A stretch of 64,000 nucleotides of DNA from Deltaproteobacteria bacterium. GTDB lineage: Bacteria > Myxococcota_A > Polyangia > Fen-1088. The number at the start of each line of letters is the position of its first letter. The stretch's first letter is position 1. The position numbers were made by a program, and so were the translations under genes. This document shows, in pieces, positions 27,968 through 37,904 of the stretch. The stretch is taken from NCBI GenBank assembly GCA_034439895.1, contig JAWXBF010000013.1:1888-65887 (forward strand), given 5' to 3'. The notes below the pieces were generated by a model. That model was not told the origin of the DNA. It saw only the letters and a list, made by a program, of their open reading frames with translations, and made no database searches.

Positions 27968-28744
27968 CTAATCCTTCGACAGCCCACCCAACCAGTCGAG
28001 CTCGCCGTCCATCGTGTCCAGCAACCCCATCCCGCGCTTGATCCAACCGCAAACGTAATACATATACCCCGTTGGCGCCTTCGGGTCTAGCAGCGACCGG
28101 GCGTTATCCAAAAAGTATTGATCCGCGTTCGGTCGCTTGAGCTCGAAGCCCGAACGGTAGGTGGCGTCGTAGCGCCTGCGGACCTGTTCGCAGCCCCGGT
28201 TGATGAGCGCCATTGCGGTGCCGTCGTTCTGGAAGTAGGTGAGCGACAGCTGGGTCGAGTCGCGTTCGACCGCGTACAGCGAACGATTCGCGTAAACCCA
28301 TCCCACCGACGACGACTCGTACATGAACTGTTTGGCGCCCTGTCCGACGACGAAAAATCGATAGAAAAAGAATTCGTAGTACTGGCGCGCTTCTTCGGCA
28401 TTTATGGCGTTGAACCAGGTCTTGATGAGATCCCGCTGTTTCTGCGACAGGTTTTCCCAGGCCGAGATGTGCACCGTCTGATCGCCCAGATTGGCCACAA
28501 GGATAAACTCCTTGAACGAAACGTCGATTTTTTCGCGATTGATGATCGAACTCACGCTGTAGTCCGTGTAGTTCTCGACCTGCTGGTTGAATGATCGCAG
28601 CTCGGTCAACACGCGATCCACGACGGTTTGTTCCGGAGGTGTTAACTCCGCGAACGTGGGGCGTTCGTTGGTGACCGTAAAGTCGCCACACGCCAACAGC
28701 AACAACAGGCCAAGGATTGCCGTTTTAGAAATGAAATGCGACAT
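27968..28744 (-). CDS. Hypothetical lipoprotein (compositionally atypical, lower GC)
   Basis: Lipobox LLLLLACGD. F/Y/N-rich sequence. Local GC is visibly lower (~52-55%) than the ~65% flanks. No recognisable domain. Confidence 0.45.
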   Translation of the reverse strand: MSHFISKTAILGLLLLLACGDFTVTNERPTFAELTPPEQTVVDRVLTELRSFNQQVENYTDYSVSSIINREKIDVSFKEFILVANLGDQTVHISAWENLSQKQRDLIKTWFNAINAEEARQYYEFFFYRFFVVGQGAKQFMYESSSVGWVYANRSLYAVERDSTQLSLTYFQNDGTAMALINRGCEQVRRRYDATYRSGFELKRPNADQYFLDNARSLLDPKAPTGYMYYVCGWIKRGMGLLDTMDGELDWLGGLSKD

Positions 28745-29711
28745 AGGCTGGCACCTCCAGTCTGTCGACCATGGCAACCGGCCGCAAGGCCTTGATGTCG
28801 ATGATCTCCGGGCCGCTGACGCGAGACATGTTGAACACGTGGTACCGAACTCGGATGCCCACGCTCAGCCAGCCCGTGAGTTGTTTGCCCAGCGTGAACC
28901 CGCCGCCAACGCCGGTGGTCCAGGTCGACTCTTGAAGCGGGTGAATCACAAGGTAACCACCAAAGACCGCGTCCAGGGACAAAAGCCAATCGCTGCTCGG
29001 CGACGTAAGGCGGAAGGTGGGACCGAGGGTGGTGTTGACGGCCCAGAATGCAATGCCCGTATCACCGAGACCTTGCCGGTATGGGTTTTCCGAACCGAAG
29101 ACGGCCAGCTCAAGACCGATTCGGCGGGTCAACCAGGCGCCAAGTTCCACTCCGCCGCCCATCCCGGCTTCCATGTCCGGGTCCACGAGCAAGGACGAGC
29201 CGCCGAAACTGACAGCGAAACGGAAAGGTCCGCTGCTCGGTTGATCTTCCGGTTCGGCGAACGGATCGAGTCGCTCGACGATAACCGGGCCGTCCTGCGT
29301 TTCCACGGGCCGCGGACGGCGTGGGCGTGCGGCGGGTCTCGGTACCTTCGGAACTGGCGTTTGGGGAAAGCGGGAATGAGAGGGCCGTGCGACGGTTCCC
29401 GGGGTGAGGATCGGCGCAGGAACAGGCAGCGGGTTCGTGGCAACCGTCGGTAGCGGGTTCGTGGCAACCGGTGGTAGCGGGGCGGGAGGCGGAGCCGGGA
29501 TGGCAACCGGTGGTGGCGTCGAGGGTCCGAAACTGCGGGCGGGCCGAACAACGGAATTCGCGGCTGAGGGGGCCAGGGCAGGTAACGGGGCTCCCCTGAC
29601 GAAAGGCCTGGATGGGCGGGCGATCGGTGCGGGTGCCGCATTTTGGGCGTGAGCGGTCGGCACGATGGTGATCGCGATCGCAATCCCGAGTGGCAATCCG
29701 AACCGCCTCAT
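28725..29711 (-). CDS. Outer-membrane beta-barrel protein with Pro-rich N-terminal linker
   Basis: Signal peptide LPLGIAIAITIVPTAHA. Long P/A-rich low-complexity region. C-terminal ~180 aa amphipathic beta-strands ending ...YVAFHF* with a C-terminal Phe. A 21-bp coding tandem repeat (VATNPLP x2). Confidence 0.5.
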   Translation of the reverse strand: MRRFGLPLGIAIAITIVPTAHAQNAAPAPIARPSRPFVRGAPLPALAPSAANSVVRPARSFGPSTPPPVAIPAPPPAPLPPVATNPLPTVATNPLPVPAPILTPGTVARPSHSRFPQTPVPKVPRPAARPRRPRPVETQDGPVIVERLDPFAEPEDQPSSGPFRFAVSFGGSSLLVDPDMEAGMGGGVELGAWLTRRIGLELAVFGSENPYRQGLGDTGIAFWAVNTTLGPTFRLTSPSSDWLLSLDAVFGGYLVIHPLQESTWTTGVGGGFTLGKQLTGWLSVGIRVRYHVFNMSRVSGPEIIDIKALRPVAMVDRLEVPAYVAFHF

Positions 29712-29857
29712 TCCGCTCCGATATCTATTACGATGACCGACCAAAACCTTTCACGTCGCTCAACATTATCGAAACAATTCTACTCCGATGGTCTAGTTTA
29801 CGCCCCCCGAACGCGCCATGCTGGTCGCTGTATCGGTCTTACTAGGTTCAAACGGCT

Positions 29858-31123
29858 GTGCTTTCCCGTCTTTCCGCCACCATCCTGGAGCACGGATTGC
29901 TTCAAAAGGGCGACCGTGTACTGGTGGGGTTATCCGGAGGACCCGATTCCTGGGCGCTTTTGCTAGGACTCCAAAAGCTCTCCGGTCGATTGCAGATCGC
30001 CATCGAGGCGGTTTGTGTGGACCATGGCCTTCGCTCTGAATCCGCGGCCGAGGCGAAGGCCGTTTCGGAGCAGTGCAAGTTGCGCGGGATTGTCTGTCAT
30101 ACGATTGGGCTGAAAGGGCTGAAGGGGCGGACCGGAACGGTGTCGATGGATGCCGCCCGGACAGCCCGGCTAGATGCCCTTCAAAAACTGGCACGGCGAC
30201 GAAAATGCAATCGCATCGCGCTCGGACACCACGCCGACGATCAGGCAGAGACCGTGTTGTTCCGAATCGTGCGGGGCACTGGAATTGCGGGGCTTTCCGG
30301 GATTCCGTATCAGCGCGACGCGTTCATTCGGCCCTTGCTGGACGTGCGGCGTTCCGAAATCGAAAAGTTTGTTCGCAAGCACGGCGTCGTGCCGATGCAA
30401 GATCCCAGCAACGCGAACCCTCGTTACGCACGAGCCCGAATCCGGCACACTTTGTTGCCGCTCTTGAGACAAGAAAACCCTCGCGTGGTCGATGCTCTTA
30501 TCGAACTTGCTCGACAGACGCGAAACGCGGAGCGCCCGGCAGCGTCCGCGGGATTGAACTTGCCGCGTGAGGCGGCACGCACCTTCGAAAAACTCCTGCG
30601 ATACAAAGGCGGCACCCAGGGCGTCGATGTTCCGGGAGGGCGCGTTGAAATTCGCTACGGGCAGTCGTCCTTTGTGCCGAGCCGAAAAAGTGTTGATCCG
30701 GTGGCCGTGCCGGGTAAGCCCCAGCGAATCACCAGCTCGGGCACCTACGAGGCTTCCAACCACACCCGGCTGCGCATTCGACTGGCAACCCGCACGCGAC
30801 CATCCGAGAAGGCGATCGCCTTTGACCCCCAACAGATTCTTTTGCCTCTCGTGTTGCGAACGCGCCAGCCCGGCGATCGCATGCGGCCAAGGGGCGGCGC
30901 GGGAAGCCGAAAACTTCAAGATTTGATGGTCGACGCCCGAATTCCACGACCTGAGCGTCCGAACTGGCCCGTCCTGACCGACGCAAACGGCACAATTCTC
31001 TTTATTCCGGGCTGTCGTCCGGCCGAATCCGGAAGGCCGAATGAGTCGACGCAACGTTGGCTGGTGGTGGAAATCGCAGGTGAAAAGGGGTCGCTTCGCC
31101 GGCCTGTGGAAAAAGGTTCGTGA
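29858..31123 (+). CDS. tilS: tRNA(Ile)-lysidine synthetase TilS
   Basis: PP-loop VLVGLSGGPDSWALL. ...IALGHHADDQAETVLFRIVRGTG. GTG start. Conserved position upstream of ftsH. Confidence 0.85.
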   Translation: MLSRLSATILEHGLLQKGDRVLVGLSGGPDSWALLLGLQKLSGRLQIAIEAVCVDHGLRSESAAEAKAVSEQCKLRGIVCHTIGLKGLKGRTGTVSMDAARTARLDALQKLARRRKCNRIALGHHADDQAETVLFRIVRGTGIAGLSGIPYQRDAFIRPLLDVRRSEIEKFVRKHGVVPMQDPSNANPRYARARIRHTLLPLLRQENPRVVDALIELARQTRNAERPAASAGLNLPREAARTFEKLLRYKGGTQGVDVPGGRVEIRYGQSSFVPSRKSVDPVAVPGKPQRITSSGTYEASNHTRLRIRLATRTRPSEKAIAFDPQQILLPLVLRTRQPGDRMRPRGGAGSRKLQDLMVDARIPRPERPNWPVLTDANGTILFIPGCRPAESGRPNESTQRWLVVEIAGEKGSLRRPVEKGS

Positions 31124-31209
31124 TTTCGCGGCTTCGCGAACGTTGACGGACCACCGATCGGAGACAATACTTTGGCGAAAGTCGACTTCTCGACCGGAAA
31201 GGACCCCGG

Positions 31210-33123
31210 GTGCGTCAAAGCCACAAGACATTCTTGCTCTGGATCATGCTCATCCTGGCATTCCTGATCGTATGGCAGTTGCTCAATCCGAAGAATCCGC
31301 TTGAGCCGGTGCAGTTCTCGCAATTCCTCTCGGATGTCGAGAAAAAGCCCGAATCCATTCGGAACCTCACGATCCAGATGAATGACAACTACGCCACCTA
31401 CACGGGTGAGACGAAGGCTGGCGAACGGTTTGTAACCAACGGGTACATCGGCGAACAGATCCTCGACAAGCTGTCGAAGTCGGGCATCGCGTACCAGATC
31501 CAGCGCGAGAACGAGGACAGCTTCTGGAAGCAGGTTCTCGTGGGTTGGTTGCCGATGGTCGTGTTCATCGTGCTTTTTCTGTTGTTCATGCGACAGCTTC
31601 AGGCGGGTGGTGGCAAGGCGATGAGCTTTGGCAAATCCCGCGCCAAGCTGCTTTCAGAAAACCAGAAGAAGATCACCTTCGCCGATGTGGCAGGCATCGA
31701 AGAGGCTCGCGACGAGGTTGAAGAAATCATCGCGTTCTTGCGCGATCCCAAGAAGTTCACCCGCCTCGGCGGCCGGATCCCCAAGGGCGTCTTGATGATG
31801 GGTCCTCCGGGTACCGGTAAGACGCTCCTCGCGCGAGCAATCGCGGGTGAAGCGGGGGTTCCCTTCTTCTCGATCTCGGGGTCGGACTTCGTCGAGATGT
31901 TCGTCGGCGTCGGTGCAAGCCGCGTGCGCGATCTTTTCGAGCAAGGCAAGAAGAACGCACCCTGCATCATATTCATAGACGAGATCGATGCGGTCGGTCG
32001 TCACCGTGGCGCAGGCCTCGGCGGTGGGCATGATGAACGCGAGCAAACCCTGAATCAGCTCCTCGTCGAAATGGACGGTTTCGAGTCGAATGACGGCGTC
32101 ATTCTGGTCGCTGCGACAAACCGACCCGATGTTCTGGATCCAGCTTTGTTGCGACCGGGCCGTTTTGATCGTCGGATCATCGTGCCGCGCCCCGACGTGA
32201 AAGGCCGCACGGGCATTCTCAAGGTTCACACCAAGAAGACCCCGCTTGAGGCCAACGTGGATCTGGAACTGTTGGCGCGCGGAACCCCCGGTTTCTCGGG
32301 CGCGGATCTCGAAAACCTCGTCAACGAGGCGGCGCTCTTGGCCGCTCGGGCCGACAAGGACCGCCTCAGTCAATCGGATTTCGAATCCGCCAAGGACAAG
32401 GTCCTCATGGGCCCGGAACGGCGTTCCATGATCATCAGTGACAAGGAAAAGCGGACGACCGCTTTCCATGAAGCCGGTCACGCCCTCGTGGGCAAGATGA
32501 TCAAGACCTCGGATCCGATCCACAAGGTCACGATCATTCCACGCGGTCGGGCGTTGGGTTTGACGCAGCAGCTGCCGACCGAAGATCGCCTGAACCTCTC
32601 CAAAGAAAACGCCGTCGATCAAATCTGTATCGCCATGGGCGGTCGCGTCGCGGAAGAGTTGGTCTTCAACCAGCTCACCACCGGTGCCTCCAACGACTTG
32701 CAGGTGGCAAGTGATCTGGCGCGCAAGATGGTTTGCGAATGGGGCATGTCCGAAAAGCTCGGCCCGCTGCACTTCGGCGGTCGCGACGAGATGGTATTCT
32801 TGGGTCGCGACATTCACGAGCAGCGCGAATACAGCGAACAAACGGCGATTGAAATCGACGCGGAAGTTCGCGTCATCATTATCGATGCCTACAAGCGCGC
32901 CAAACAGATCGTCGGCGAGCACCTCGACAAGCTCAAAAACCTCGCCAACGCTCTGCTCGAGTACGAAACCCTCGATGGCGCTGACATCGACCGGATCTTC
33001 GAGGGCAGGGCGCTTGACCGTCCGCCGGTCGTTTCGGCTCGCAAACGAGAGGAATCGGCGGCCGAAAAGGCGGACAAGCGTTCCTCGGGCATACTACCCA
33101 TGCCTGAACCTGAAAAAGCCTGA
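31210..33123 (+). CDS. ftsH: ATP-dependent zinc metalloprotease FtsH
   Basis: Two N-terminal TM helices. AAA module ([34 protein letters not shown]). Zn-binding HEAGHAL. Full-length FtsH architecture. Confidence 0.95.
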   Translation: MRQSHKTFLLWIMLILAFLIVWQLLNPKNPLEPVQFSQFLSDVEKKPESIRNLTIQMNDNYATYTGETKAGERFVTNGYIGEQILDKLSKSGIAYQIQRENEDSFWKQVLVGWLPMVVFIVLFLLFMRQLQAGGGKAMSFGKSRAKLLSENQKKITFADVAGIEEARDEVEEIIAFLRDPKKFTRLGGRIPKGVLMMGPPGTGKTLLARAIAGEAGVPFFSISGSDFVEMFVGVGASRVRDLFEQGKKNAPCIIFIDEIDAVGRHRGAGLGGGHDEREQTLNQLLVEMDGFESNDGVILVAATNRPDVLDPALLRPGRFDRRIIVPRPDVKGRTGILKVHTKKTPLEANVDLELLARGTPGFSGADLENLVNEAALLAARADKDRLSQSDFESAKDKVLMGPERRSMIISDKEKRTTAFHEAGHALVGKMIKTSDPIHKVTIIPRGRALGLTQQLPTEDRLNLSKENAVDQICIAMGGRVAEELVFNQLTTGASNDLQVASDLARKMVCEWGMSEKLGPLHFGGRDEMVFLGRDIHEQREYSEQTAIEIDAEVRVIIIDAYKRAKQIVGEHLDKLKNLANALLEYETLDGADIDRIFEGRALDRPPVVSARKREESAAEKADKRSSGILPMPEPEKA

Positions 33124-33185
33124 GCAGGACAGCGCCGCCGGGCAAGATTAGTGCTCACGGGCTTGTCTGGGATAGACTTGCCTCC

Positions 33186-34910
33186 ATGAAGCATATGTGG
33201 GCGATACTTGGTGTAATGGGATTCGTCAGCGTGGCGCCTTCTGCGGCTCGCGCCTGTGGCGGATTCTTTTGTTCACAACAGCCGGTGGATCAGTCGGGAG
33301 AACAGATCGTGTTCTCTCTTGAACCCGGAAAGGTGACCGCGCACATCCAGATCGCCTACACGGGGACCGCCAGCGATTTCTCGTGGGTGGTTCCAGTGTC
33401 GACCGCACCAACCAAGATCTCGGTTGGCTCGCAGGCTCTCTTTTCCGTCCTGAACAACACGACGAGCCCGGTGTTCCGGCTCGATTTCATGGGCAACGGT
33501 GGGCAGTGCTTCGCTTTTCCTGAATTCGCCGCCGGCAACGGGCCACCACGGGCAGCCAATGACGGCGTGACCGTTCTTGCCGAGGGCGAAGTTGGTCCGT
33601 TCAACTACGTGGTTCTCGAATCGACGGACGCCGTTCAATTGACGACCTGGCTGAAGGACAACGGCTTTGTCCAACCGCCCGAGGCAACCGAACTCATCGC
33701 GCACTACCTGAAGCTGAAGATGAAGTTCGTCGCGGTGAAGCTGAAGAAGGATGCGATGGTCGGCGAGATTCAGCCTCTCGTCTTGGAGATGGCGCAGACC
33801 GAACTTTGCATCCCGCTGGTTTTGACCCGCATTGCGGCCGTGAAGGACATGCCGGTGTTGGCCTACGTCTTCGGTTCGGCTCGCGCCTTTCCGAAAAACT
33901 GGTTTCACGTCGAACCCGATCTTTCGAAGGTCAACTGGCTGAACGGCGGAAGCAACTATCGTGCGGTCGCCACCGAGGCCATCGACGATGCTGCGGGCCA
34001 TGGCTTCATCACCGAGTTCGCAGGTGCAACGACCTCGCTGAGTTTGAAAGAGGCGCTCTATTCACCGAATCGCTTCAAGCTCGACGCGCTTCGTGCGACT
34101 TCGGATCCGGTGGACTTCCTGCAGGCCTTGCTCTCGCAGGGATTTCCACGCGACGCTGCGATGCAAGCACTCTTGCGGAAACACATCCCGATGCCGGCGA
34201 CGTTGGTTGCCAAGGGCATCATGGAACGCGATTTCTACAACAACCTTGAGATGTATCGCGCCGACCTCGTTGCGGCAGGCTTCAAATTTGATCCCACGGC
34301 CTTCGTGGCGGATCTGCAAACCCGCATCATCGATCCGTTGATTCTCGCGCAGTCCATGATCGACAAGCAGCCCTATCTCACCCGGTTGTTGTCGACGGTA
34401 TCGCCCGCCGAGATGTCGCGCGATCCGCTGTTCCATCTCAATCCGGAAATGCCACCTGTCAGCAATATTCACACGGCCAAGTTTTACGGTCAGTGCGGCA
34501 ACGACGGTACAATCACCGAAGCCAAGGTTGAACTGCCCGATGGCGAAGTCCTGAATTTGCCCGGCAGCGTTCGGCTTTACGGCGGCGACTACGTTTGGCC
34601 CTACGCCAAACGGATTCCAGCTGCAAAACGCATCTCCCTCGTCGGCGCCTCGGGTCCGCCCGTGTATTTGGCCAAGTCCCAGACTGCGGCCATCGACATG
34701 ATGCTCAACAATGAGGACCCCACCTCGGTTCGAGGCAAGGTGATTGTGGTGCCGGGTACCGACAAGAATTCGGTGCCTGAAAGCGCCGAGACCAATCTTG
34801 ACTCGTCCGGTGGCCTTTGTGCTGTTGGCGGCTCCGGCGGCAACGGCCTCGTCGTGTTCCTGGCATTCGTCGGACTCGTGTTGCGTTTGCGCAAGCGGCG
34901 CCAAAACTGA
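33186..34910 (+). CDS. DUF2330-like secreted protein with MYXO-CTERM-type C-terminal sorting signal
   Basis: N-terminal signal peptide followed by ACGGFFC, characteristic of DUF2330. C-terminus ...SSGGLCAVGGSGGNGLVVFLAFVGLVLRLRKRRQN* (Cys, then Gly-rich, then TM helix, then basic tail) matches the MYXO-CTERM pattern. Confidence 0.55.
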   Translation: MKHMWAILGVMGFVSVAPSAARACGGFFCSQQPVDQSGEQIVFSLEPGKVTAHIQIAYTGTASDFSWVVPVSTAPTKISVGSQALFSVLNNTTSPVFRLDFMGNGGQCFAFPEFAAGNGPPRAANDGVTVLAEGEVGPFNYVVLESTDAVQLTTWLKDNGFVQPPEATELIAHYLKLKMKFVAVKLKKDAMVGEIQPLVLEMAQTELCIPLVLTRIAAVKDMPVLAYVFGSARAFPKNWFHVEPDLSKVNWLNGGSNYRAVATEAIDDAAGHGFITEFAGATTSLSLKEALYSPNRFKLDALRATSDPVDFLQALLSQGFPRDAAMQALLRKHIPMPATLVAKGIMERDFYNNLEMYRADLVAAGFKFDPTAFVADLQTRIIDPLILAQSMIDKQPYLTRLLSTVSPAEMSRDPLFHLNPEMPPVSNIHTAKFYGQCGNDGTITEAKVELPDGEVLNLPGSVRLYGGDYVWPYAKRIPAAKRISLVGASGPPVYLAKSQTAAIDMMLNNEDPTSVRGKVIVVPGTDKNSVPESAETNLDSSGGLCAVGGSGGNGLVVFLAFVGLVLRLRKRRQN

Positions 34911-34912
34911 GC

Positions 34913-35728
34913 ATGAATACGAGCCGTGGTGAGCAGGCAAAGCCCATCCTGGTGGGTGTTCTCAACCTGACACCAGACTCGTTTTCGGACGGTGGCCGGC
35001 ATGGTGACGTGGAAAGCGCCGTGCAGGCCGCGCTCGCGATGGCCGAGGCCGGTGCCTCCTGGATCGATGTGGGCGGCGAATCGACTCGACCCGGTGCGGT
35101 CGCGGTGGATGCACGCACCGAGATCGATCGGGTCATCCCGGTGATTGAACTTCTTGCGTCACGGCTTCCTCCCGGCATTCGCATTTCGATTGATACGTAC
35201 AAGGCAGAAACCGCGGCGGCAGCGATCACCGCCGGCGCCACGATCGTGAACGATGTCTCCGGCGGACAGATGGATCCCGAGATTCTTCGGGTCGGCAGTG
35301 GCGTCACCCTGGTCCTTGGTCACATGCGTGGGACGCCCGCGTCCATGATGGCACATGCGCCGTTCGAAGATGTGGTGGCGGAGGTACAGGCCGACCTTGA
35401 GCAGTGCATTCGTGCGGCTCGAAAGCGGGGATGCAAGGACGTCTGGTGGGATCCGGGCATTGGCTTCGGCAAAGGACTAGATGAAAATCTTGCACTCATC
35501 CGGCAGGTGGCGGCGATGAAAACGGCGCTTGGGTGTCCGGTCATGGTGGGCGTGTCACGCAAACGTTTCATCGGAGAACTAACGGGACGTCCGGTCAACA
35601 ACCGTGTTTTCGGGACCGCAGCGGCCGTTGCCAGCCTCGTATGGTCGGGCGTAGACGCAGTGCGGGTTCATGACGTCCCCGAGATGATGGACGTGGTGGA
35701 AGTGGCCTCGGCCATTGCAACGCCTTGA
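34913..35728 (+). CDS. folP: Dihydropteroate synthase
   Basis: ILVGVLNLTPDSFSDGG...WIDVGGESTRPGA. Pterin-binding fold. Conserved ftsH-folP-glmM neighbourhood. Confidence 0.9.
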   Translation: MNTSRGEQAKPILVGVLNLTPDSFSDGGRHGDVESAVQAALAMAEAGASWIDVGGESTRPGAVAVDARTEIDRVIPVIELLASRLPPGIRISIDTYKAETAAAAITAGATIVNDVSGGQMDPEILRVGSGVTLVLGHMRGTPASMMAHAPFEDVVAEVQADLEQCIRAARKRGCKDVWWDPGIGFGKGLDENLALIRQVAAMKTALGCPVMVGVSRKRFIGELTGRPVNNRVFGTAAAVASLVWSGVDAVRVHDVPEMMDVVEVASAIATP

Positions 35729-35781
35729 GAATGCCGGTTTCTTTACCAACGGCATGGGCGCGCTAGACTGCAATACTGAAT

Positions 35782-37149
35782 ATGACCATACGCAAGCTTT
35801 TTGGAACGGACGGGATTCGCGGGGTTGCCAACCAGTATCCCATGACAGCCGAAGTCGCGATGCGGCTTGGGATGGCGGTGGCGCAACGTTTCCGTAGCAC
35901 AGGCCGTCGCGGCCGAATTGTCATCGGCAAAGACACCCGCCTGTCGGGCTACATGCTGGAGAGCGCACTCGAAGCGGGTATCGTCGCGGCCGGAGCCGAC
36001 GTGATGTTGGTGGGACCGTTGCCAACGCCCGGTATCGCTTTCATCACCTCGTCGATGCGAGCCGATGCAGGCGTGGTCATCAGTGCTTCGCACAATCCCT
36101 ATCAAGACAACGGCATCAAGCTCTTTGCAGCCGACGGGTTCAAATTGCCCGACGAGGTCGAGCTTGAGATCGAGCATTCGATGGCCGGCATCCTGGACGG
36201 TGTGACGACCTTTGCCGCCGCGAGCGATGACATTGGCAAAGCCTTTCGCATTGATGATGCCGAGGGTCGCTACATCCAGTCGCTGAAAAATGCCTTTCCA
36301 AAACAGTTCACCCTCGACGGCGTGCGCATTGTGGTGGATTGCGCAAATGGCGCGGCCTATCAGGTCGCACCTCGAGTTTTCCAGGAACTCGGGGCGGAGG
36401 TCATCGACATCGCCGCCGAGCCCAACGGGCGCAACATCAACGACCGTTGCGGCGCCTTGCATCCCGAAAATGCGGCGATGCAGGTTCGCCACACGCGCGC
36501 TGAAATCGGCGTCTCGCTGGATGGCGATGCCGACCGGGTGATGTTGACCGACGAACAGGGTCAACTCGTTGACGGCGATCAGATGATGGCTATACTGGCC
36601 ACGCGTTTGTTGAAGACGGACAGCCTCCCGGGCGCAACCCTGGTTGCAACCGTGATGTCGAACCTTGGTCTGGAACGCGCAATCGAAGCACAGGGCGGCA
36701 AGCTATTGCGGACCGCTGTTGGTGATCGCTATGTGGTCGAGGCGATGCGCGCTGGCGGATTCACGCTCGGCGGTGAACAATCGGGGCACGTCGTCTCGTT
36801 GCAACACGCAACCACGGGCGACGGGATCGTCGCCGCCTTGTTGGTGCTGGCCGTGATGAAACAGGAAGAAAAATCGCTTTCCGAGCTTGCCCGCGTGATG
36901 ACGCGATATCCGCAGGTGTTGAAGAACTTCAAGGTGGGGAAAAAGACTCCAATCGAGGATCTGCCGAGGGTTCAACGGGCCATTGCCGATGTCGAGGCGC
37001 AATTGGGTTCAGAGGGGCGCGTACTGGTCCGATACTCCGGAACCGAATCGAAAGCCCGCGTCATGATCGAGGGCACCGATGAATCGTCCATCAACGCGCA
37101 GGCGGACGAGATCTCGCGCGTGATGCAGTCCGAGCTGGCGGAATCCTAA
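35782..37149 (+). CDS. glmM: Phosphoglucosamine mutase
   Basis: [17 protein letters not shown]. Active-site [15 protein letters not shown]. Four-domain alpha-D-phosphohexomutase. Confidence 0.95.
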   Translation: MTIRKLFGTDGIRGVANQYPMTAEVAMRLGMAVAQRFRSTGRRGRIVIGKDTRLSGYMLESALEAGIVAAGADVMLVGPLPTPGIAFITSSMRADAGVVISASHNPYQDNGIKLFAADGFKLPDEVELEIEHSMAGILDGVTTFAAASDDIGKAFRIDDAEGRYIQSLKNAFPKQFTLDGVRIVVDCANGAAYQVAPRVFQELGAEVIDIAAEPNGRNINDRCGALHPENAAMQVRHTRAEIGVSLDGDADRVMLTDEQGQLVDGDQMMAILATRLLKTDSLPGATLVATVMSNLGLERAIEAQGGKLLRTAVGDRYVVEAMRAGGFTLGGEQSGHVVSLQHATTGDGIVAALLVLAVMKQEEKSLSELARVMTRYPQVLKNFKVGKKTPIEDLPRVQRAIADVEAQLGSEGRVLVRYSGTESKARVMIEGTDESSINAQADEISRVMQSELAES

Positions 37150-37153
37150 ACGC

Positions 37154-37903
37154 ATGGCGCCCGCGGTTCGTCTGCACGTCAACGTCGATCACGTTGCCAC
37201 CATCCGACAGCAACGGGACACCAAATTTCCGGACCCCGTCGCGGCGGCGATCCTGTGTGAGCTTGCGGGTGCCGACGGCATCACCGTGCACCTGCGGGAA
37301 GATCGCAGGCACATCCAGGATCGCGACGTTCGGATCTTGCGTGACACGGTTCGAGTTGTCTTTAATCTTGAAATGGCCCTGACGCCGGAAATGTTGGACA
37401 TCGCCTGCAATATCAAACCCGACGTGTGCACCCTCGTTCCCGAACAGCGACACGAAAGGACCACCGAAGGCGGACTGGATGTGCTTGGGGCAGGACAATC
37501 GCTGCGAGACGGCGTTGCCCGTTTGCGCGCAGCAGGAATTGACGTGAGTCTGTTCATCGACCCAACGTCGGCAGCGGTCGAGGCGTCCAAGTACGTGGGC
37601 GCCAGCACCGTCGAATTGCACACCGGCGACTACTGCCATGCCCCGTTGCTTTCCCGTGCTGCGGATGAAGAACTGGCCCGCCTGTTTCAGGCCGCACAGG
37701 CTGCGGAGGCACACAAGCTCAAACTCGCAGCGGGACATGGGCTCGACTACGTGAACGTGGCGCGCGTGGCTGCGCTGCCAAATCTGGAAGAACTGAACAT
37801 CGGTCACGCCCTGGTGGCGCGGGCCGTACTCGTTGGGATGGATGCGGCGGTACGTGAAATGCGACACGCCATCGCTGCCGGTCTGCGGTGGAGCGCGGAA
37901 TAA
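37154..37903 (+). CDS. pdxJ: Pyridoxine 5'-phosphate synthase
   Basis: [13 protein letters not shown]...[17 protein letters not shown]...TLVPE...EGGLDV. Full-length PdxJ TIM barrel. Confidence 0.92.
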   Translation: MAPAVRLHVNVDHVATIRQQRDTKFPDPVAAAILCELAGADGITVHLREDRRHIQDRDVRILRDTVRVVFNLEMALTPEMLDIACNIKPDVCTLVPEQRHERTTEGGLDVLGAGQSLRDGVARLRAAGIDVSLFIDPTSAAVEASKYVGASTVELHTGDYCHAPLLSRAADEELARLFQAAQAAEAHKLKLAAGHGLDYVNVARVAALPNLEELNIGHALVARAVLVGMDAAVREMRHAIAAGLRWSAE

Positions 37904-37904
37904 T

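Noticed and set aside
33273-34001. 242-aa minus-strand ORF inside the DUF2330 gene and 34062..34940 minus ORF
   Set aside because: Antisense to a + strand gene with signal peptide, conserved N-terminal motif and sorting tail. No supporting features.
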